NCBI RefSeq assembly: GCF_036971445.1
Contig: NC_091474.1
Span: 174,344,001-174,408,000, forward strand
Direction: 5' to 3'
Source: Narcine bancroftii
Taxonomy: Eukaryota
Length of the DNA: 64,000 nt
Shown: positions 11,394-23,590 of the stretch, piece by piece
Layout: the number at the start of each line of letters is the position of its first letter
Position numbering within the stretch: position 1 is the stretch's first letter
The notes under the pieces: generated by a model
What the model was told of the DNA's origin: nothing
Databases searched by the model: none
What the model saw: only the letters and a program-made list of their open reading frames with translations
Made by a program: the position numbers and the translations under genes

Positions 11394-14300
11394 CTGCAAA
11401 GAAACAGATAAGACACTGCATTGGCCAATTTGACACATTATCTTCAGTAGACTTTGTTTTTATAGTTAAATATGGAATATGAGAAAGCAACAATATATAT
11501 TTTCATATCACACATACAAATATAAATTAAAAATTGAAACATTATGCAGGTTGTAGCTCTCTTATTCGGCACTCTGTGGTCCGAATGATGCCAGATTTAA
11601 GATGTACAACTGTACATCCATTTCTTAATAACTCGTTCAAACTACAAGTAATGACAATTGTGTTTATCCTATGATGGTTTAACTATTTCAACAGTACCAG
11701 GGCATTAGTGTAATGTTCCTTTAATGCTGCTGTCAAATGAATTTCATGACATGTTCATGACAATGAATTCGGATTCTTTGTTTCTTTTTTGTCTCCAGGT
11801 AGCAATGTGGTGGAAACATCAGTCCAATAGGTCAAAAGGCTTCCTCTTCCGCATCTACATTAAATTCCAGTGCTCGAGATTTGCTATTTGAAAATATGGC
11901 CTTTTGAAAAAATGCATAAAGTTTTTGCTTCCAACAATGAAAATTAATTAATTGCTTGTGCAGTTCTTAGTTTTATTGTACGTGCTACTACTTTTAAATA
12001 TGCATTTGAAGTAAATAATTTTCATATTTATTTATCATTTTGTAATTTGATTTTTCTTTTCCCATTCTTTCTTCATTTTTGATTGGACATAAAACATAGC
12101 CAGGCCCAGGTCAATGAGTCCACAATATCTGCGTTGAACATGATGCCAAATTAATTTAAATCTCTTCTGCTTGCATGTGATCCATATCCCCCTGTTCACT
12201 GGATTTTCACGTGTTTATCTAGAACTTCTTAAACCCAAAGATTGTGCCCGCTTCCACCAAAAATCTTGCATCTTCTTTAAACATCTCTCCCTGCCGCAAA
12301 TGCATGTCCTCTGGTACTTGACATTTTCACCTGGCAAAAAAAAAGATTCTGACTATCTTTCTTACTTCTGCCTTACAAACTTCCATCAGCCTCCCATCAG
12401 AGTAATTTTAAATAGCAATAAAACATATGTCAAAATAAAAATATTACTTAAAGAAAAAATTATAGTAAATTACTGCATATTTTTGCAGCTCTACTATTAA
12501 TATACTTCCAAAATATTATCAAAGTGAGCAAAGCAATTTTAAAGTATCCATGAACTACTCCTTCCTTTAAACTGTTGAGTATTTACATCATCTCATCATA
12601 CCTTGGATGTCTCTTTCTGGATTTCTTGGAAGGCTTATAAACAGCCAGCTCCATGAGAGCTGACAGCTGCAGGAATATAGCTTATATTGCCTGTAATACC
12701 TCAATTGGAATGTTGTGAAATGAGTGGGATATACTTATCCAGTTTTTCTGGAAACACTGGAGCCATTCACAGTTTATAATTATTAATTGAGCCAGAATTT
12801 CGGGGATTTTTCTGGGAGAGCATTCCACATCTCAAATTTTTAACATACACATTACAGTCAAACTCTGATAACCTGCTAAGTGTGTGAAAAGCCTGATGGA
12901 TCGGCACTTATTTTCTTTTCTCTTTTTACATGAACCAGACCTGTTTCTGATACTCTCTAAGTTTACCAGGTTCACAGGGACATTACTATATCACATTTCA
13001 AAGAAAGTCTATTGAAAGTGACATCCAATAATTTAGAAAATATGCTTGCTGATTATTGGAGTTTTATTGTGTTTTGCTTTCACACTAAAAATTTAAGATG
13101 TTATCTGTCTGCAATTAAATTCTTGGGGACTTGAAATTTAATAATGTAACAACAAAGCCATCATACAGATTGCTTTATTTCTATTCCACCAATGAAACTA
13201 TTTATATTTCTCTTAACTAACAGCCTTCCTAACTTGCAGAAACTTCAAAGAAAACGCAAGTGAGTTGTGAGGAAGTTGACAAAACTGTAGAGGAATAAGA
13301 CTGACATTTTATTAATACCAGTGATTTTTAGAAGTCAGTGGACAGATTTATTTCTGAGGCAAAACCTTCATTATCACCTTTTATATTTGTTGAAAACATA
13401 CTTCCCAATAGAGGTGGTGACTTGTGGTTCCTATTACAAACTAACTCAGCTAACATTCATCATTCTTCAGTGAGTACTCTAGAACAAGAAGTGTGGCTCT
13501 TGGTACTTTTGGGCCAGAGGTGGTGTTTTAAGGGAGGAGTGTATTACACACACCAGCTTGGGGAGGCATCGCTTTAACGCTGCCAAATAGAGTAAAAGTC
13601 TTAATTATACTTGTTACACAGCCGCTGTGTTCTGGTAATTATTCCCAAATTCCTGGAATGCAGTCTGTGTAAAAAGATTGGAACGGAAATGAGTGACTAA
13701 TTCCCATTCCAAAATTTTACCCGCAGCACCCCTAGATATTACTGTGAAATGCCTGCAGTCTAAAATGCAACAGGCAGTCTGCAACAATGGCCTAATGAAT
13801 ACAATGTAAAGGACAACGCCAACCCACCTAAGTACCACACATCAAGTACTTAGTCTAAACACGCAGCAATACCCATACATGGGTTGTTCTGTGTGAACGG
13901 CCACTCAGGAAAGTGATTGTGTCCCTCCTGAGATGCCAGGTCAGGATTACTAACTATATTCAGCATTTATGCAGCCAGAAGGACAGGGAGTTAGAAGAGC
14001 TCCGGCAGCGCTGCTATACACTGCAGGAGGCAATACAAGCTGCCCAGACTCGAGCCAACGATCTCAAGGTCAGGGGGACTGAAGTCGCCTGCAAGCTTAT
14101 ACAGCTGCAGCAGGTGTGGGCAGCCCGCAGGTCTGGCTAGCCCTGGTTTAGCACAGTAACAAGCTGGACACATGCATGGGGTACAGGGATACATGGTTAA
14201 GCAATGATGAGGAGGGGGTGCCTGAGGAGCCTAGGACCAACAACTACCCTTCCCATTATATACCTGAATCCTTGCACATTTGACCCAGGTCCACCACATA

Positions 14301-15498
14301 GAGGAGGATGCAGATGACCAAGTTGCAGGGAGTCATGTCCATAATCACTCAGATCACAGAGACCTGGGATTTCTCCCCAAAGCAGTTGATTTGGATAGCG
14401 GATCGCTACTGCCAAAGGCCAGACAAGCACCTGGCCATGAGGCTCCTCCACCTATGGGATGAGGGCCCCCGCAACTTGAGTCTCCTCATCAAGACGTGAG
14501 TGCGCGGGGAGCCTCTGTGATCAACAAAGCATCAACAATGATCTTCAGGCACCATAGCCAGAAACCTTGGAAGGCACTACCCTGTGGAATCGGGTAGTGA
14601 CTGCACTGAGGGTCCAATACCTCACCCTCCTGGAGAGGGATCTACACGGACACCCGCAATGGGGAACGGTAAGTGAGGGCCCCCAGGTTATTAGAGAGTG
14701 GGTGCTGGTCAAAGGGAGCGTGTGACCATAATTTTTTAGAAAATTCCCAGGTGACCAGTGCCCTAGCAGGACACCTAGCCATCACCACATGCCCTGATTT
14801 AATGTCAGTAGTCCTACCTCTCACGGCACCAGTTAATGGGAAGACCATGCAGGATGTCATCACCCTCCTGGAAAGTCTAGAATATGTACAGCAGTGGGCA
14901 CCTACCCAGGTCCGAAGGGCAATGGGAAGGGCTGGAAACACATTCCCTCCTCGCTTTACATGCAAGCACCGGTACTTGGATCTGCTGCACACAGGGGTGG
15001 ACTGTGCCAGCATAGATGGGATCCTGACCTCTGCTATTTATGCCCCGTGGAAAGAGCTTTACAGGGGAAAACCTGGCCATGGGAAAATCTACAACCACCC
15101 AGGGTTAAAGCCTAGGGCTACTTCCTCCCCAACACAAAACAGTCTCTGCTCCCCTCAAGGGTAAATTCAGAATCCTGCTGAGACAGGAACTGTACCATCT
15201 GCACCAGCAGGATCCCTCACCCATGGTGTAGCAGACCCTCACCCCTCCCAATAGGATGAAGGCCAGGGCCCCGGCACATTCGTTTCATTGTCCACTCCTG
15301 CCCAGGGGACCTGAGGCCACATATACATGTAACAGTCTTAATTGTGCCTTTCTCTGAATGTATTCTAGGGATCAAGGTTTTAAAGGAACAGTCTCTTTAT
15401 ACTAATAGGGGCGTTTATGTTCGGGGTTGCATGGGCTGCAAATGTAGCTGGGACAGCCAAAAGGGAACCAGTTGTTGTTCCCCCTCCCTCCAAGATTA

Positions 15499-16154
15499 GG
15501 CTCTTTCAGGTGGCCACAATACCCCGATGCAAAGCCGCATATTCTTCCCCAATGTGGCTGTCAGGAGACCAACTGAAAGAGCAGGAACTTTCTAATCCTC
15601 CTCCGGGAGGGATAATCAAGGAGCACTGAAATCCCCCTAAGCACCTGAATGCAGCCGCCTGAAAGCAGCTGCTAAGGGTTGGGCTGATGACAATCAGCTG
15701 GGGACCAAAAGTCCTTGCACCTGACAGCCCCCGTCCCCGTGCCTGACAATCCCCCTCCCTGCTGGCCCTGCCCCCCCCGGCAGGACTTCGGGGCAGGGGT
15801 GGCCGGCGGGGAACGTCGGGGCAGGGTTGGCCGGTGGAGGACTTTGGGGCAGGGGCGGCCGGTGCAGGATGACGGGGCTAGGGCGGCAGGTGTGGGACTT
15901 TGGGGCAGCTGCCGGTGCGGGAGTACAGGGCAGGGATGGCAGGCGTGGGACTACGGGGCAGGGGCGCCGGCAGCCCCTGCCCCAATGTCCCGAAGGGACA
16001 GGAGCCAGAATGCACTCCTAGGCGCCTCTCCTGCAGCTATCTCTTTCAGGTGGACAGTGCAGTGCATTCAGGACTGCCACCTGAACAACCATTGCACAGG
16101 TCCGCATCCGCTTCTGCAGGCGCATTCTTGGTGGAGGATGCACTTGAAAGCGGC
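15499..16154. mobile_element. MITE (PIF/Harbinger-like, tentative) inserted into the ERV pol; contains a GC-rich minisatellite
   Basis: TIRs ggctctttcaggtg and cacttgaaagcggc. Internal blocks are shared with 18720-19090. Confidence 0.7.
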
Positions 16155-17987
16155 ATTGTCTAGAGTAAAGAGCCTGCAACAAGAATGCTTTCTTTTCCAT
16201 TCCTCTCCATTTCAACTCACAAGAGCAATTTGCAGTTATTTGGGACAAGAGACAAGTCACATTCCACAGTCACACTATTTGCCACAGTTTAATCTGCTGC
16301 CATGTCCAACCTCTTCAACCTCTCTCAAAGGTGTCAATTGTCCATTCTACCATTGTTTCAGAGGCCCTTCACATGCTGATCTCCCTCAGAAAACGAGGCT
16401 GGCTCATTGATATTGAGAAGGTCCAGTGCCCCAGTTAGAATATCCTGTTTCTGGAGATATAGTGCTCAGGCCAAGAAATACTTCAGAGATTGCCAAGAAT
16501 GAAATTTTGAATTTTGCCATCCCCTCAAATAAAAACAGACACCCAGAACCTCGTGGGCCTCCCAAGTTATTGGTGACAGCACATACCCCACCTTACCCTG
16601 CTCTTTAAACCACCCTATAGTGTTTCCCACAAGAAAGCCACATTCCTATGGGGACTAGAACAACAGGCTGCTTTTGACATAGCAAAGCAATCTGTTGAAC
16701 AAGCACTGCCACTCCCCCCCCCTCCCCCCACTGCCAGGCAGGTGTTCCTTTTAAATTACAGATCTTGGGTAGTGAGGCAGTCGCCAAATGAAACCTCTGG
16801 CAGAAGATCCAAGGATGCAGAGTCCTGCTAGGCTTCTGGTGAAAATCTCTGCCAGGTGTTGCAGCTCGCTACAACCCATTAGATGCCAGGTCTTCGGCCA
16901 ACACTTTTCTCAACGCTTATGATTTGGCGAGCACCTGGACACTGACACAACTTACTTCTGACAACTTACTTCCCTCAGCAAGGGAACAGTTGTTGCTATG
17001 AAAACTTTATCACTGGGATATTCTAGCTTATCAAGTCTTTGTAATGTATTTTTTTTAAATGGCACCCTTAGCTGTGGTATTTACATGCATAATGTCTCAG
17101 AGCACACTCAGAGAAAGTGAAAATACAATTTTACATAATTGCAGTATGTGAACGCAAAGTTACAGTTTGTAAGTTGACTGGCATTGATCAGACCACGGTA
17201 GGAAACATTGTATATGTTTTGTTTCACAATGACAGCATCACCCCAGAACTCGCATTAACAGAAAAACATTTCATGGTGTTGAGGCTGTGGGAGCCTTTAT
17301 TTTAAAACTTTCTGTCCTGATTCTTCCTGGCTATCATTACAGGGATCCAATACAGGCACTTGGGGCACCCATTGAAAGAGAACGCAAGCAGGAATGGCAT
17401 TCTAGTGTCAAACGTCAGCCCAAAAAATGGGCACCCCAGGTATACACTGGATGTACCTGCCTTGCCTTACCACGGCATAGCATGGTGACAGGCACCTGGA
17501 GCCAAAGCATGAGGCTAAGGCACAGGATGCAAAAGCCAAGAGAGGGCTCTGGCACCTTGCACTGCTTGCTCACAGATGCTGATGCCGAGGGTGCTCACAT
17601 TTACCAGCTATGCTGGAGAAATCAGGCATATGAGTCAGTGACCAAACAAATTCCTTTTTAGACACTCCTCTCTTACACTGAGGTGCATCTACCACAGCAC
17701 CCTGCTCCATTGGTAACACAGCAAGCCTGTTTGGTTGGGGTGGGGGGGGGGGGGTGGTGCTGGTGAGGTGTTGTCATTGAATTTAACTACATGCCTTGAC
17801 CAGCATTCAGACAGCACTTTCTATCTAGACCCACTTGATTAGTATTGTTTTTTTTTAAACATATCCTTTTGTTTTTACTTATAACATATGCATAGAATTC
17901 ATGTCCTTTTGTTTTTACTTACAACATATGCATAGCGTTATTGATTGTCTCTTGATTGGTGAGTGTTGTGACCTCCGAGGGGTAAAT

Positions 17988-18683
17988 TGTATTGAGAAGG
18001 CTTGTGGCTGTCACATGACAGCACTGCCCCCTACCTAATTGGAAGACACACCAGCTGCCCATCAGTTTGGTTCTGCCCCACTCATTAGTGTACACCTTGC
18101 CGTTGGCCCAATGTAAATGACCTGGACTCCACTCTTCAGCCTGCCTGTACTTGGGCCATTAGCTGTTGTCATTCGATTAACCCTCCTGACACTGAGCCAT
18201 TTGTCTCTGCTAACGACCTGGACTGGACCTTCCAGCACTATAAAGGTGCCATGTGTTCTTTGTTCTCGCTCTCTCTCTATGCCATCTTGGGACTATCCTG
18301 CTTCACTCCAGGCCTAGGAATGTGGAAGGGTGCTGGAGAAATTGTTGGTAAGATGTGCACCGTTAAAAGGGTTGGGAGCATTTAATTAGCATTCCTTGTA
18401 GCATAGAGCCGTGTCTGCACTGAGTCAAGGGGTGGAGGGGCATCGTAGTGAATTTTCCTTCATCATTGTATGTATCAGTTCATTGTGTGTGTGTGCATTT
18501 TGTTCCCACGCTATTCATTATTAATTGTCTGCTATTACTTTCTCATGACTCCTGTAAAGTGTGTGTGTTGCATCTGTTACCATTTCTCACACTTGCTTTC
18601 TGTAAATAAAATCCTTCCCATCAAAACTCTGCGTCCAGAGTCCTTGCATTTGAGACCTACAAAACCTGTTCCCTCACTCAACA
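17988..18683 (+). promoter_or_regulatory. Retroviral LTR (~696 bp)
   Basis: Starts tgtattgag after the purine tract and ends ctcaaca. Has CCAAT-like boxes, TATAAA at 18239-18244 and AATAAA at 18605-18610. Confidence 0.8.
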
Positions 18684-18719
18684 GTGAGGCATTGAGCAGG
18701 AGAATTGAGAGAGAGAGTA

Positions 18720-19090
18720 GGCACTTTCAGGTGGCCAATTGGCCCACATGTAAAGCCGCATGTTTAGGCAATATGCGGCTGTTTTGAGGCCACCTGAATG
18801 TGCAGGAGGCGAGCTACGTAGCCCTCCTCCGAGAGGGATAATCAGCTCAGCTCAGTGGCTCCCCCAGCCACCTAAATGCAGCTGGCTGAAAGTGGATGTT
18901 AAAGGGTCAGGCTGCTGATCACAGCTGACACTGGGCAGGAGCCGGAGTGTCCTCAGAGCCGCATCCTATGCAGCTGTGTCCTTCAGGGGGCCAGCGTTGC
19001 ATTTTAAATGCTGCCACCTGATCGGCAATTTAAAGGGCCGCTTCTGCTTCTTCAGGTGCATTCTTAGCGTAGAATGTAACTGAAAAAGCC
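18720..19090. mobile_element. MITE, same family as 15499-16154
   Basis: TA|ggcactttcagg...actgaaaaagcc|TA, with shared internal segments (ctcctccg.gagggataatca, cacct.aatgcagc). Confidence 0.75.
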
Positions 19091-21080
19091 TAGTGTTTGA
19101 CATTTTGAGGGGAAAACATATAGATTGTGAGAGATGAAAATAAAGGAGAAAGAGATTGAAATTGAGATGATGCCTGTCCATATGAAAGTTTAATCATCAC
19201 TTTTCAGTACAGGTGAAAAACATCTCAAAGACATCTTGAAAGATAAAAGTTTTCAACTTTGGTTGCTTTGACATCAGTGCAGATCTTGCTTATTTATGTA
19301 TACTTGGAGCTGGGAGGTAAAGTCATGGGACAGAAGTTTCCTGGCACACCTCACTTTTTATTCCTATTCATTCTATATGATTTTGAGATATGATTAACCA
19401 TCACTTCCTTCTCTTAAGTTAACAATTAATCCATGCACATGTTCAAACAATGATACCCAGTCTTCAGATCATAAAGGAGTCTCATACTTCTCTAAACTCA
19501 AGTCATAATGACACATGGGATTGTCCTTTTCATGCATGTTGACAGTGTGGATCAGATACAATATCCCCCTCAGAAGCAATGTTGACCATTAATTTCAAAT
19601 AGGTAGGGTGGGAGTGTACTGAATACCTGAAGAAACTAGGTATTGGTGTTCGTCTAAGGATTGTTTTTGTCCTCAGAGCAGCAATCTTCTGTAGTGTTGC
19701 ATCTGATTCTGGGGACATAGTCAGAGGTTAACAATTAAGGACTTTGGCATGTATCTGACATGTATCCTGCACACTATCCTTTTATAATCACATTCCCTAT
19801 CTCCCATATTCTCCAAATGAAACAAATCAGCACAGTGGGGTGCTGGTCTGAGATCCTGGCATCCCTCCAAGATATTTAAGCAATCACCTCAGGGGTTTGA
19901 AATGGGGGAATCTGAAATTCTGCTCGATTTCTGTCAGTGCCATGAAACTGTTATAATTTTACTCTACTATATTAAATTGAACCCAGCTGAGTTTGCCCTG
20001 CACTGAACAAAATCAGCTCTGCCACTTCACTGTTCATAATGTGTAATTGATATATCATTGTTCATGATCATGTTATCTCTGATGTGTGGTTTCATTAAGA
20101 GAAAAATAAAAATGTAGAGATAATTCCACCATAAAATTCATATATTTGTACATGTAAACTTGTAAAATTCTAAATAGCAAAGAAAATATTTGATACACTC
20201 AACAGGACAGACCACATCAATGGGAAGATTAATGATATCCTAAATAAATTCTATTAATCTTAGGACATCAAAATAAGTTAAAATGTCTCCAATTATTTGA
20301 GATTCCAGAATCTCTTTTAACTGAGTTTAGTAAAGGAGAGAATCCTGAAGGATACCTGAAAATGTAAGTCTGGTTTTTGAGTGAACAGTCAACTTCTTCA
20401 TGATTTCTCGCCAGCTAACTCTTCATCCACTTGGTAATTAAGGAGCAAAGGAGTGCAAAAGGATGCTGGAGGGTGAGGAAACAATGCGCAGCTTTGAGAA
20501 AGGGGAGAGGTAGAAGGGCTGATGCTGAAGTCCAGAGAGAGAATGAATTGCAGTGAAAGTGGCAGTGGAGGACTGCAGTGTGGGAAAATCGGAATGGATG
20601 GCACGTGGGGAGTAATGAATGGCAGAGAGGTCCAATAACAGACAACCCATTTTTTTTCCCATATACACTTTTATAATCTAAGCACATGATGAATTGAAAC
20701 TACAGATTAATAACCAAACTCAATTTTGTATCAGTTGACCATACATAATGAAAACAATAAATTAAAAGTCCTAATCATCTTGGGGAGACATTACTTCAGA
20801 ATTGGGAAAATTAGAGATACAACAAGTATTCAATTTGCCCAACATTAACAAATTATTCACTATTTCTCTCTCCAAAATTGGTGCCTGATCTGCTGAGTAT
20901 TTACGGTTTTAATGGCCACTGCTTTTTTAAAATTTCAACTAATAAAAAGCAATGTAGTGATGTAACATAAAATAAGAACCATTCTGTTATTAATAAATAT
21001 AGAATCCTGCATTTCATTGTGTGTTCTTAGTGCACAACAAGAAAATAGGCTTTTTGTTTAATTGGAGCACTTCCATATTA

Positions 21081-21524
21081 TCTGGAGTATGGGGAGAGAT
21101 TGGACAGATTGGGTCTTTATTCTTTGGAGCGTAGAAGGTTGAGAGGGGATTTGATAGAAGTATTTAAGATTATGAAAGGGATAGACAGAATGGATGTGGA
21201 TAGACTATTTCCGTTAAGAGGAGGAAAGATTAAAACAAGAGGACATGAGTTAAGAATTAAGGGGCAGAGGTTTAGAGGTAACATGAGGGGGAACTTCTTT
21301 ACTCAGAGAGTGGTAGCTGTGTGGAATCATCTTCTGGGAGAAATAGTGGCGGCGGAGTCAATTGTATTATTTAAGAAAAGGTTGGACAGGTATATGGATG
21401 AGAAGAAGATGGAGGGTTATGGGCATTGTGCAGGGAGGTGGGACTAGAAAGGGGTGTTTGGTTCGGTGCGGACTAGAAGGGCCTAATGGCCTGTTTTCGT
21501 GCTGTAATTGTTATGTTATGTTAT
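21081..21524 (+). mobile_element. Young CR1 3' fragment
   Basis: Encodes LGLYSLERRRLRGDLIEVFK...KTRGH with a (tgtta)n tail; almost identical to the 3' end of 53977-54972. Confidence 0.95.
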
Positions 21525-22361
21525 CATATACACACTGAAAGTCTTCATGAATTCTGTATGTTAGTTTTATCATTGTTTAGCTGGGGGGCAGGGTAAAAGT
21601 AGGAAGCTACTCAAAGACTCCATTCATCTCATAATTTGTTAAATGAATTTCACCTTGTAAATGCCATTATGCATCAATGGCTGTATCGAAGGCTCAAAAT
21701 ACCACCAAAGTCTGGATCCAGTTACTACTATTCCACTCAAGCACAAGAGATTGTAAACTCATTGTGGGGATCTCATATTTTCAGAATTTTCTTCTAGTCA
21801 GTACATGTCTACTGTGAATAAATGTTGATACGAAACATTAAATTACATGCTCGATAACAAATCATTAGGCTAAATTGTGCAAACAATAGCTAATTTAAAT
21901 ATTGCAACTTCATATAAGCCAAAACACAGGTTGCATTCAGAACTGCAGCTTTCTGAGATTAAGAACCCAGAGGTTTTTGAACATTTTCATTATGCAAGGC
22001 TATTAAGTGATATGGAACTTATTACATTCACAGTCAAGAAATAGTAAGATTTAAGATGAATCAAATATCATTTTACAATGTAGCAGATGTCTGCATACTG
22101 AGGTTTATTTACATTTTTGTAAGAATTTTTCAGATTTTAAAATTTTAAAGGGCATTTATAACTGAGAAGGATGTACTGCCAAACACTGTGAAGTAGTGCC
22201 ATTTAGAACATAGCACAGTCAAACTAAAATCCTGACACTTGCACCTGATAAATATCCCTCCATCTCCTTCCCATTTGTGTCTATCTTGAAGCCTCTTAAT
22301 TATTACTATAGGATCTGCTTCTACCATGGGTGGCAGAGTTAACATAGAGGTTGTGCTACAC

Positions 22362-23410
22362 TCTTCTCTTTGGCTTGGCTTCACAGACAAGGATTTATGG
22401 AGGGGTAATGTCCACATCAGCTGCAGGCTCGTTTGTGGCTGACAAGTCCGATACGGGACAGGCAGACACGGTTGCAGCGGTTGCAAGGAAAAATTGGTTG
22501 GTTGGGGTTGGGTGTTGGGTTTTTCCTCCTTTGCCTTTTGACAGTGAGGTGGGCTCTGCGGACTTCTTCAAAGGTGGTTGCTGCCCACCGAACTGTGAGG
22601 TGCCAAGATGCACGGTTTGAGGCGATATCAGCCCACTGGCGATGATCAATGTGGCAGGCACCAAGAGCTTTCTTTAGGGAGTCCTTGTACCTCTTTGGTG
22701 CACCTCTGTCTCGGTGGCCAGTGGAGAGCTCGCCATATAGCACGATCTTGGGAAGGCGATGGTCCTTCATTCTGGAGACATGACCTACCCAGCGCAGTTT
22801 GATCTTCAGCAGCGTGGATTCGATGCTGTCGGCCTCTGCCATCTCGAGTACTTCGATGTTGGAGATGAAGTCGCTCCAATGAATGTTGAGGATGGAGCGG
22901 AGACAACGCTGGTGGAAGTGTTCTAGGAGCCGTAGGTGATGCCGGAAGAGGACCCATGATTCGGAGCCGAACAGGAGTGTGGGTATGACAACGGCTCTGT
23001 ATACGCTTATCTTTGTGAGGTTTTTCAGTTGGTTGTTTTTCCAGACTCTTTTGTGTAGTCTTCCAAAGGCGCTATTTGCCTTGGCGAGTCTGTTGTCTAT
23101 CTCGTTGTCGATCCTTGCATCCGATGAAATGGTGCAGCCGAGATAGGTAAACTGGTTGACCGTTTTGAATTTTGTGTGCCCGATGGAGATGTGGCGGGGG
23201 GGGGGGGGGGGGGGCTGGTAGTCATGGTGGGGAGCTGGCTGATGGAGGACCTCAGTTTTCTTCAGGCTGACTTCCAGGCCAAACATTTTGGCAGTTTCCG
23301 CAAAACAGGACGTCAAGCGCTGAAGAGCTGGCTCTGAATGGGCAACTAAAGCGGCATCGTCTGCAAAGAGTAGTTCACTGACAAGTTGCTCTTATGTCTT
23401 GGTGTGAGCT
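22362..23410 (-). mobile_element. RTE-clade LINE, 5'-truncated
   Basis: Encodes LFADD, GLEVSLKKTEVL, FTYLG, LLFGSESW, RWVGHVSRM, RLPKIVLYGEL and a C-terminal CxxC...H motif. 3' end is gaagccaagccaaagag. Confidence 0.95.
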
Positions 23411-23429
23411 ACCTCGAGTGTAGATAACA

Positions 23430-23590
23430 AGATAGCACCAGCAACTGAGTTCAAATCCATCATTGTTTGTAAGGAGTTTATACATTCTCTCTGGGACCAG
23501 ATGCTCTAGTTTCCTCCCATGTTCTAAAGATGAACCAGTTAGTAGGTTAATTGGCCACATTGGTGTAAGTGGGTGGCTCAGGCTTGTGGC
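23430..23590 (+). mobile_element. V-SINE-like (HE1-type) fragment
   Basis: B-box-like gagttcaaatcc, followed by tgctctagtttcctcccatgttctaaaga...ggttaattggcc, which resembles the V domain. Confidence 0.55.

Larger units (their letters stand above)
13880..18683 (+). mobile_element. Decayed ERV-L-like (class III) endogenous retrovirus: gag-pro-pol remnants plus 3' LTR; no 5' LTR or env seen
   Basis: Gag FSPKQLIWIADRYCQRPDKHLAMRLLHLWDEGPRNLSL (~14370-14485). TGA at 15257 then ...GDLRPHIHVTV/LIVPFSECILGI (protease). RT NAFFSIPLHFNSQEQFAVIW from 16184, QHIPHL, FLWGLEQQAAF and LGFW*KSLP..ARYNP to ~16882. PPT-like gaggggtaaat lies before the LTR. Confidence 0.85.

Noticed and set aside
12602-12666. 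Possible extra minus-strand exon (ctgcag...aag|gtatga)
   Set aside because: In the phase required by the upstream NT5DC1 exon it hits a stop, and the four called exons already join seamlessly. A poison exon cannot be excluded without RNA data.
15533-15570. AAYSSPMWL, resembling the retroviral RT motif SPFNSPIW
   Set aside because: Lies inside the MITE and aligns with the sister MITE at ~18750, so the match is coincidental.
15715-16410. 231-aa Gly/Arg/Pro-rich ORF
   Set aside because: Runs through the GC-rich MITE minisatellite and an off-frame part of the ERV RT.
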